Source of the DNA: Dipteris shenzhenensis
Lineage: Eukaryota
Direction: 5' to 3' (one strand)
Assembly (NCBI GenBank): GCA_047967505.1
Contig: CM106538.1
Length of the DNA stretch: 64,000 bases
Both the position numbers and the translations under genes were made by a program. Shown piece after piece: positions 38,961 through 47,710 of the stretch (its first letter is position 1; each line of letters starts with the position of its first letter). The notes beneath the pieces are model-generated. The model ran no database searches. It worked only from the letters and a program-made list of their open reading frames with translations, and was not told the DNA's origin.

Positions 38961-41903
38961 ATGGCACCATTCAAGGACATCTCCAACAAGTACCAGGTCC
39001 ACTTAGAGTTGGAGGCTGAATATGCAAGCACACGTAGTCTAGGATCGAGGGGAGCTTCCAAAATCCGCAGTCTTTATTCGCAAGGAAAGAAGCATCTCAA
39101 CCTTTGGGTAGAAGGATCCTTGTATCCTTTAGATCCTGCCAACCAAAAGAGCCCTCCTTTCCATACAATGCATGAGCTAGTTCCGTTTTTTGGAAATGGA
39201 CATGCGAGGTTGCTTGGTTATTGCAATCGGTTAAACAATGCTTAGTCAATGGCTATGCAAGCAAGCGAGATGCACAGAGCCCAAGTAGAGATGTTAGCAC
39301 ATTTAGGAAATAGCACCATTGTTGTAATGCATAACTCTATGTAGGATCTTCAAAGGGAGAACCAGGATCTTCATGATAAAGCCAAAGCATTGGACTTGGA
39401 GCAACGTAAATTAGAAGAGTCACTCTATAAGCTAGCTAAGTCCAAAAAAGGCTTGAAAAGATCTATATACAATCAAGTACGATGAGCCATAGAGAAGGAA
39501 CGAGAGAAGGCAGAAGAACGAGTGCAAAAGATGAAAGAAACACCTTTGGGATTGAAGGAGAGGAAAAGAAGGTACTTACATAACATGGATGCATTGGCAC
39601 CCACTGGTGGTGCTAGAAAGAGGAGAGTCTAGGCTACAAGGTTGGTTATGAAATGTTCCAATGAGATTACACTCTTTTGTGCTACACTGTTTGTGACTAA
39701 GTTTTTATTGTGTTCTTCTTTAGGAACTTCATGGAAGATGTGATGGGAAGAATGGATGGGGATGATATTGACTATTCATATGCTCTAGCTAGTTTATTGA
39801 AGTCAATCGATGTCATTGAGATACTAAGGGACCCAAGACACAAGCGCCTATGTGTGCAAGTTGTTGAGGAGGTGATGAAGGACTTCAAGGATATTGTAGA
39901 TGCAAAGGAGATGCTTGTAGCTTGTGATACTGCCGGTGTAAGTCATGAAGCTTACACATCTATTTTTAAAATTTTCAAGTCTGCTATTTTGGGAAAGTAT
40001 AAGAAGTCTATAGTGCCCCTACCCACACCTTGGTCTGTGAGACGTGCATGGCGAGAAACAAACCAATGTGCAAGAGAAAAGCGTGGAGGGTAACATTGCG
40101 TAAGGGGCACAATGACTTGGAAGAGTAAAAAGAAATCTAGCTTGCAAACCTTTGAGATGAATGCTTTCAACAATGTCTACTTAGATGTTGAGAAACTACA
40201 ACAAGCAATGGTCTTCTATGGCATGAGAGAAGATGGTAAGAGGAAATCCATTATAGCATTGCACTTTACTTAGTTCATTTCCTATATCATGTTTATCCTA
40301 ATGGATTTTCTCTTTTGTTGTACAAATTGCAATGGAAAGCTCATATTTGTCATCAAAATGTATGAAGCTCAATTGGTGAAAGAACACAAGTTAGAGAGAG
40401 TCAGCATCTGCATTATGAATGAAGCCTTAGCCTTTGTTCAAGGGGACAAAGAAGTAGAGCAAGATTTATCAGTGCAATTAGATAAAGATATATGGTGGCT
40501 TGTAGCGTTTGAGACTTCAAAAGAGTGCCATGAGACATTGAAGTGGGTTCTAGATAGAAAATGAATCCCATCGACGATTCAAAGATAAGAGGAAGGGCAA
40601 ACATTGACAGTCGATGGCCATGGAACTTTTCAAGTTGAATGGCATCTTGCTGGTGATTTGAAAACCCTCAAGTGCTTGCATGGTTACGATACAGGGGCAA
40701 ATGCAATGAACACATGCCTTTATTGCATGTGTTCGCAATGTAAGCAAAAGGTTGGCTTACAATGGGAGAATGTCATTCTATCTTGTAGCCAAACGCAAGC
40801 TCCGAATCGTGACAAGAAGGATCCAAAGTGGGATCCCATCTTGCCCATCCCACTTGAGAGAGTACACATATGTACTTTACATGTAGAACTGTGCGTACTT
40901 GATAAGTTGTTGTATTTGCATCTTGTCTATGCTTGGAATTTAATTCTACAAGAAGTATCCACATGGTGCATTGCAGAAGCTGAGAAGTTGTTGTCAGAGA
41001 TGGGATTGCATAGAGGACATGTCAAACTTAAGGAGGATAAGAAATGTCTGGGGCAACATAGAATCTTCCTACAAAAGTGTCCATGGGTGGAGGGAAGGCA
41101 AGGAGATTCCTATCAAACCACAATCTCAACAAACATAAACATACATTGTCTCAAAGTAGTTTGGGTTGGGAATACTGGAAAGCATTGTGTGAATGCATGA
41201 CCAATAAGGCTTCTCATCCTCAAGTAGCAACTTTGAGAGCTAAAGTACAGACAAAGGTAGATGCATTGATAAAATTGCTTTGCTAGGTTCAAATCGATGA
41301 GATGTATTATGAAAGGTTCAGGCTGGCTGTGAAAGAGTTTATGTAATTAATGGTGAAAGCATGGGGGGAGTCACACATTACACATTACATGGTAATCTTG
41401 GCACCATTCTAATATTTAGCACTTGCTTTATAAACAATTTTTGTTGCTGATATGATTCTCATCATGTTTGTAGCATTCTCTATGCACATGGACCATGGTT
41501 TGTACAAAATTGGGGTCCCTTGTCAATTTGGAATACACAAGGCATGGAGAAGTTGCACTATAGAGCCAAGGCAGCCTACTTCAAGAACTCGAGGCATGGT
41601 GGTGGTGTCACTCGTAGCAATGCATTGCATGAGATGTTCGACTAGTTTTTTCGATGTTTACTAAGAAGGACTTTGGAGTCTGAAAAGGCAAAGGCATCAG
41701 AACTTGCAAAAGCAGTTCAAACTATATCAAAGAATAGAAGGCATAGTGTCTGGAAAGCATCCATAGGGAGTCGAGGAGTCACACTTGCAAAAGCAGTTCA
41801 AACTGTATCAAAGAATAGAAGACATAGTGCTTGGAAAGCATCCATAGGGAGTAGAGGAGTCACATGTTGGTTGCAAGCTAGAGTGAGAGAAGGGATCAGA
41901 TGA
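38961..41903 (+). pseudogene. RAG1/Transib-like DDE transposase with 3 introns, disrupted by stops and at least 2 frameshifts
   Basis: ATG 38961; introns 39641-39723, 40236-40325 (acceptor reads AA, not AG) and 41392-41473. Motifs in order: VIKM(Y)EAQ, ECHETL, LTVDGHGTFQV, AGDLK, CLYC, ICTLH, MGGGKARRFL, ITHYM|(H)ILYAH, GPLSIWNTQGMEK. Confidence 0.85.
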
Positions 41904-42262
41904 GTCCAACCACCAACAAAAGCTATGGTGTAATTGTATACAAATATGAAATAAATATATTGCTTATTTTGACCACAATTTGTGTACTTACTCTTTAATA
42001 TCTTGCTTATTTTGACCACAATTTTTGTACTTACATGACATTGGGGAAAGTGGGGACATGGTGAATAGGGGCGAGAGAAGGGAGAGGCATGGGGCGGGGC
42101 AAGGGGAGGGGTGGAGTGGTAGCAAGGGTGGGGGGAGGGGGGGATGGGGGGTATGGGGGAGGGCGATGGGGGCGGGGCAAGTAGGGGGAGGGCAGGGGGG
42201 GGAAGGGCAACGAGGGTGGGGGGGTTGGAGGGGTTAGTAGGGCGGGGGCAGGGGACATGATG

Positions 42263-42333
42263 AAACCCTAAATGTAATTAAAAGGGATGTCAAAACATGA
42301 TGGGCCCTTATAAAAAGCTTTTAAAAACCCTAA
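42263..42333 (+). promoter_or_regulatory. Putative promoter of the H3-like gene: telo-boxes, site II motif, TATA box
   Basis: AAACCCTAA at 42263-42271 and 42325-42333; TGGGCC 42301-42306; TATAAAAA 42309-42316; ATG 42347. Confidence 0.55.
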
Positions 42334-42346
42334 CTCTCATTATTCA

Positions 42347-43372
42347 ATGGCAAGAGTGAAGAACACTGCTAGACCCACTGGACATCGCCTCCACCCTTCC
42401 TCCTCTAGCTCCACCACCTCCATGGCATCTATGCACACAAACCTATTCGGGTTCGATGGCACCTCCCTCGACTCTCATGAGCTCTCCCCCAACTCCCCCA
42501 AGTCTCGTGAGCCCACTCCCTAGTCTCCTGAGCCTTCTCCTCCTCCCAAGTCCCGTGAGCCCACTCCCCAGACCCAAGAGCATGAGCCTTCCCCTCAGCC
42601 TTCTCCCCAGCCTTCCCCTCAGCCTTCCCCTCAACCTCAGCCTTAGCATGACCCTCAGCCTTCCCCTTGGCCTCAGCCTCAGCCTAACCCTTAGCCTTCC
42701 CCTCAACCTTCCCCTGAGCCTTTCTCTAGGCCTTCCCCTCCCCATGAGATCCCTCTCTCGATCGAACAAAATGTATTCGATAACCTCTCGGATATAGAGA
42801 GGCTTCCTAAGGGTCAACAGGCTGCCATGAAGAGCACCATCTTCCCTCTCCCAGAGATACAACCCATGGCAGAGATGACCCTTGTGCCCATGAGGAGGGT
42901 AAAGCAGACTCCGAGGAAGCCCCATCCCAAAGAAGGCCAAAGCTCCAGACATTAGCGAGAGGAGGACTCAAACGAGGACCAACGTAGACAAGAGCAGCGA
43001 AAGAAGTTCAAGGCAGACAAGAGGCCGTGGGAAGGTGTTCAGGTACTTGTAAGGCCCCCACCAAGAGTCAAGAAGCCATACTAAGTAAAACTAGGAGTGC
43101 GGGTGATCAGGCAAATGCAGAAGACCATCGACAACTTGATCCCGCGTGCTCCCTTCCAACGTGTGGTATGGGAGATCAGACAGGGATACAAGGACAACAT
43201 GCACTTCAGCATAGGAGCTATGGGGGTGCTCCAGGAGGCTACAGAGCAAGTGACCATCGCTCTCTTTGAGGACGCCAACTTGTGTGCCATCCATGCAAAG
43301 CGTGTCACGGTCATGGACAAGGACATGGCTCTGGCGAAGCGGCTATGGAGTGACCCAAGTTTGAATCCCTAG
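42347..43372 (+). pseudogene. Histone H3-like protein with a long Pro/Ser/Gln-rich N-terminal tail (341 codons plus stop, 5 in-frame stops)
   Basis: One reading frame from MARVKNTARPTG (42347) through PSPQ repeats, MRRVKQTPRK (42890) and VKKPY to the H3 fold [21 protein letters not shown]...LQEATE...[28 protein letters not shown]. Stops at 42521, 42644, 42692, 42953 and 43082 are all TAG or TAA. Confidence 0.9.
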
Positions 43373-43565
43373 ATTCTCTTGCAACCCACTCTTAGGACTT
43401 AGACCACCCCCTGCCCTTGAAGGCACTATCTTATATCTAAAACCCAAGGGCCTATTTTTTAAAATAAAATATATCAACATTCTCTACACTATCGCATTGT
43501 TGTATATTTTCCATTTCAATGCTTGCAATAAATGATCATTTTAAGTTAAGTTTTGAATTCTGTTC

Positions 43566-43736
43566 AATCCTGAAGGAATTTCACCATCGCGCAAAAGGGA
43601 AAAGTGTCTGGCACATCGCCAGGACCCCAGAAAGCCCAAAACTTGCCATGGTGTGAATTTGGGCATTCTGGACTTTGCCCTGGCGAGGTTTCGGACACTT
43701 TTACCTTCTGTGCGATGGTGAAATTTCTTCAGGATT
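43566..43736. repeat. 171-bp imperfect palindrome (hairpin)
   Basis: Left arm aatcctgaaggaatttcaccatcgcgcaaaagggaaaagtgtc...; reverse complement of right arm aatcctgaagaaatttcaccatcgcacagaaggtaaaagtgtc...; inner ccagaa(a/t)gcccaaa pair; centre ccatgg. Confidence 0.9.
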
Positions 43737-43965
43737 TCACAAAAATGAACTCTTGATACCCAGAATTGGTGAAAATGATACTAAATTGGCTAGAAATCTA
43801 TTAAATTAACACAATTAAAATGATGGAGAAAATATATCATCGACTTAAACAAAATACAATGGAATTCATGACGAGCAATGAGAACTTAAAACAAATAATA
43901 AAGACATGTAGTCATGTATCCATTGAAATATCCATTTAGATATATGTTTATATATACAAAAGGCC

Positions 43966-45434
43966 TCACAGGCTATCTTTCTTCTTGGCTAGTTCGAGTA
44001 CATTGAGAATAGGGGTCTTTGAATCCCCTAGTGGATTCCTAGATATAAATCTAGCCACAACAGCACTAACATCCTCCTCTCCTACTACCAAAGATAGCCG
44101 TTGCCGTCAATGCCCTGCCATGAATGTTCGATCTAAAGGCATTGATAGCAACCAGGTGGTGTACCAAAATGACTTTGTCGACATTCCGAGTAATGTTGAA
44201 GTATCCAATAGCACGCGATAATGCCTTGCACTTCAGCAGCTTCAAAGGACCTCGAGGAGAAAATTTGCTATGAAAGACCACGATATGCTCTACGACTTTG
44301 CCAAGGTAATGGGCCAAAGAATGATCTCGCCCAAATGTGCTGTGAACATTACCCTATCGAGATGAGAATTCATCAAGCTCGAACACATCCTGCAACAATT
44401 CAACAAACATTAGAAGACCGACAAAACAAATTATACTGAAACAACATCAAAATAAAAAATATTGTTCGAACTTACCACTACAGCGTCATCGGCTTCTATC
44501 CCTTCGTCATTTGCAATGTTGAAGGAACCAGGTGCTATGTGATGTTCCATTTGGGAGGTGGACGCTTTCTCCTGACTTGTGTTGGAGGTGGAAGCTTCTG
44601 CATGAGAGGGTTGTGCATCGTATACGGACATGTCTACATCCCTCATTGAAACCAGCATTGTCAAGAGAAAGTCTTTCATTGTCTAGTCTTTGATACCTAA
44701 AACCCTAGGATCTTTGACACTTGTGTCAACATCAAACCTCGATAGGACTCTGAGTGCCTCATCCTCTCGTAGTCCAAAAAGAATCTCTATGTCATGGAGG
44801 AATACGTACTTTTCTCCATCGATGACGAGGGGAAACAAGGACCATAATTTTGAGTTTGGGTCAACGGTCTCTGATGCAGATTCTTGCTCTACTGGGGGCT
44901 CTTGAAGCAGGCTCAATGCTTGAGCTACTTCCATCTCCTCTATTGGATCATCAAGAATCTCTTCCATGTAGATTTCCGAGTCTAGGGACGACCATATCAG
45001 TAGTTCTGATAGAGGGGGTGCTAGACGATGAGGTTTCTTCCTCTAAATTTCATCTCCCATGAAAGGAATTTGGTGCCTGTATTTCTTATGATCCTTGCGT
45101 CTAGGATGTCTTGAACTTCGACTGTCCTAAACCCTTCGTATGTAAGGTTGTCACAAAAGCGGGCCAAGCGCTTTACAAACTTGGGTTCCTCTACGAACAG
45201 ATACTTTATGTAATCTATGGGAACCCATCTCTTTAAAGTGTGGTCAAGTGTATAGGCAAAATTTGCGAAATTATCTTACATGTAAAGGATGAGATCTGAA
45301 AAGTCATCCTTGGCCTGCATATATGTGCTTAGGACATCTAAACTCCTATCAAACACTAAAAATAGCTCTTCCTCATGATTTGCAAATGCAGTTTGTGAGA
45401 TGAAGTCATGGAATGTAGTTCTAGCTGAATCCAT
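43966..45434 (-). pseudogene. Unknown protein gene inside the transposon (one intron, stops and frameshifts)
   Basis: ATG 45434 (MDSARTTFHDFISQ...); TATA-like run at ~45540. ORFs 44683-44967, 44431-44679 and 44066-44317 are linked in frame by a stop and a GT-AG intron at 44475-44390. Confidence 0.6.
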
Positions 45435-45680
45435 GGCAAATAGCAGTTGATGGAGGGAGTAACTTTTGAGGATGGGAGTTTCTATGGCTCTCTAAATGTG
45501 AAAGTGAGAATGTGATGTAAAAAGGGCTCTTACCCCTTAATATATATAAAAACCCTAAAAATTAAAATTAATCATAAAATCCCCAAATTTTTTGAAAAAC
45601 ATTTACCATGAACTGAAAGGAGAAAACATTAAAAGAAATAACATTTTAATTTAATTGTCCATCATCTTTTGAATCAATAA

Positions 45681-46993
45681 CTAGGATTTGATAGACAAAA
45701 AATTAAATGCTGCACTAGTAAACACATTGTTAGCAATCTTCAAAGTTGCAGGAGGAATGAAATTGGCACTATGCATGCACTTCTCCACATGGTGGCTGAT
45801 CTTACCACCATTTAAGGTAAAGTAGAAGAACTCTGACATGCTGTCCTCCATGACCAATAGGGGTTCTCGCACATCCCCTAGAGTCCATTGCAATGTGACA
45901 TTCACATTCTTGACATCTCCTTTTTCAGCATGAATAGACAAACTTACCCCCATATTGTCTTCATCATTAGAGTCTAGGGGAAGCCACCGGCCATTTGTTT
46001 TCTTCCAGTTCCTATACTGAAAAGCTATATACAACATTTCGCATGTATCTAATAACCACATTGTCTTTACATGCATGACATTGAAACACATCACCCTTTT
46101 GGTCACCTGACCTGGTTTCCCAATTCATCCCAAGTAAATCTTCAAGAGCATTTTCATCTACATGCTTGCAGGACCACATAGTTTTTGTTCTATGCATATG
46201 TATATTCTGAAATAAAGAAGCAAAAATGTGCAGAGGCATAAACCAAGATAACCTTGCCCATTTGGATCCAAATGTAAACTTCATGGCCATGCCCACATCC
46301 TTTGCAATCTTGTCCTTGTATGATTGCAATGTCCTCGAGTCCACATTGCTGCAATCCATGTCTTGAAGTTGTGGTAGTGCAATGGTTTACAGACATCCAT
46401 AGCTTGATGATGTCGTTGGAGTGATGTATGTTGCATTATATCAATACACATTCTTCATTCACAAGGAGGCCAACTTCTCCCCGGCATGCATTTGCTCACC
46501 TAAATCCTCATGAATCGCAGTGAACTTGCCTATGAATGATTCAACTAGTTCCCACTCCTCGAGGTCCAAAGGGAAAAAATTTGCCACCATGAATAAGAGC
46601 TCTTAGAAACCAAACACAAAATTTCCAAATGGACGCATTACACTTATAGGTGAAAAAGATACATAGATAGAAAGGCTCACAGTGTGATGGTATCCTAGAT
46701 TGATTGAATGATGGAGGAAGCTGCATATCTTTTCCCATGTAAACATGTTGCACTTTTGCGAGCCATCCTTTCTTCCCAAACTTGAACTTCAAGATGCACC
46801 CCTTCCACTCATGCAAGATGTCACCTCTCTTGCACTTGGGAATCTTATGTGGACCTTTGGCCGATCCTTTCATCACTATCCAGTCATTTAAGTTGTAGGT
46901 GCAAGGGATCTAATCATCCAATGCATTTTTGGTGTTGTGGAAGACACAAGAGGTCACAGCATTGCATGGTCTTGTAGCCTTTCTCCTCACCAT
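45681..46993 (-). pseudogene. Probable BAH-domain protein inside the transposon
   Basis: ATG 46993; YNLNDWIVMK...EWKGCILKF...AKVQHVYMGKDM, intron from 46680 (acceptor not clean), then FPLDLEEWELVESFIGKFTAI...NVY*YNATY. This follows the BAH motif order and runs in frame into ORF 46012-46359. 3' end uncertain. Confidence 0.65.
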
Positions 46994-47679
46994 GCTTGCA
47001 GCAGTTGCAACAACAAGAACGGGACTCCTACACAAGGCAGTGCAGCTCCAATAGAGGCACAAAAGAGGGAGAAGGAGAGGGACAAAGTAGTAGCAATAGA
47101 GGGAGAAGTAGAGGGATAGAGCAGCAACAACAGAGGCATAAGAGAGGGAGAAGGAGAGGGACAGGGCAACAACAACAGAGGCACAGGAGAGGGAGAAGGA
47201 GAGGGGTAGTAGAGCAGCTCCAACAGAGGTACAAGAGAGGGAGAGGGGAGAGAGAGAGAGAGAGGAGCTGGAGCAAGCAGGCTAGAGTAGGAGGGAGCAG
47301 AGAAAGAGGGGGAAGAGGGAAAATGCGTAGGATTTGGTTTAAATTTGAGTGATTTGGTAGGCTGGACCAGAACAGTGGGCGGCAGAGGCCCTAGAAAGAG
47401 GGAGGGGAGAAGAAAAATTTGCCACAAGGGCCATACCATCCCCTTGAAGGTAGTTTTGGGCTCATGTGGGGGAGGTGCACCTGGTAGGAGTGTCAAAAAT
47501 GGGTTGAGGGGGGGGGGATGGTTTGGGTGGTCCCTAGTGTAAGGGGAGCAACCAATAGGGGCTCTCTGCAGGCATGCCCACCCTCCACCTCAGCATACCA
47601 TTGCACCACACCTTCTAGCACTCTCATTGATACACCTCAAATCACTCTCTAATCCCTTAAAATTAGGAAACACTAATTG

Positions 47680-47710
47680 AAGGCCCTTTTGAGACCCTTC
47701 TCCCCTAATG
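47680..47710 (-). repeat. Right terminal inverted repeat
   Basis: Reverse complement cattagggga-gaa-gggtctcaaaagggcctt; same two blocks as the left TIR, 3-bp spacer. Confidence 0.92.

Larger units (their letters stand above)
38376..47710. mobile_element. 9335-bp TIR DNA transposon with RAG1/Transib-like transposase and three additional genes; 3-bp TSD (GAG)
   Basis: Left TIR 38376-38409 and right TIR 47680-47710. GAG at 38373-38375 and 47711-47713. Removing the element plus one GAG restores an open LINE frame (...KPRWFREFE|DVNQVDASMSELE...). Confidence 0.92.

Noticed and set aside
38434-39019. Pro/Leu-rich ORFs resembling extensin or formin
   Set aside because: Open in several frames because of the C/T low-complexity tract; coding appears to start at ATG 38961.
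42443-42952. Arg/Leu/Gly-repeat ORF (minus) and Ser/Leu/Pro ORF 42456-42797 (plus)
   Set aside because: Shadow frames of the PSPQ repeat in the H3-like tail frame.
43097-43372. Calling this the host's canonical H3 or CENH3 gene
   Set aside because: It is divergent, has in-frame stops upstream and lies inside a transposon; orthology cannot be assigned by eye.
43966-46993. RAG2 homologue
   Set aside because: No kelch repeats or PHD Cys/His pattern are visible in either minus-strand gene.
38376-47710. Ordinary CACTA/EnSpm element, or canonical Transib
   Set aside because: It lacks EnSpm-type D(Y/F)PA, DVMH and WMYPFER motifs and a recognisable TnpA. It also lacks the 5-bp TSD of Transib (flanks are ttgag and gagga).
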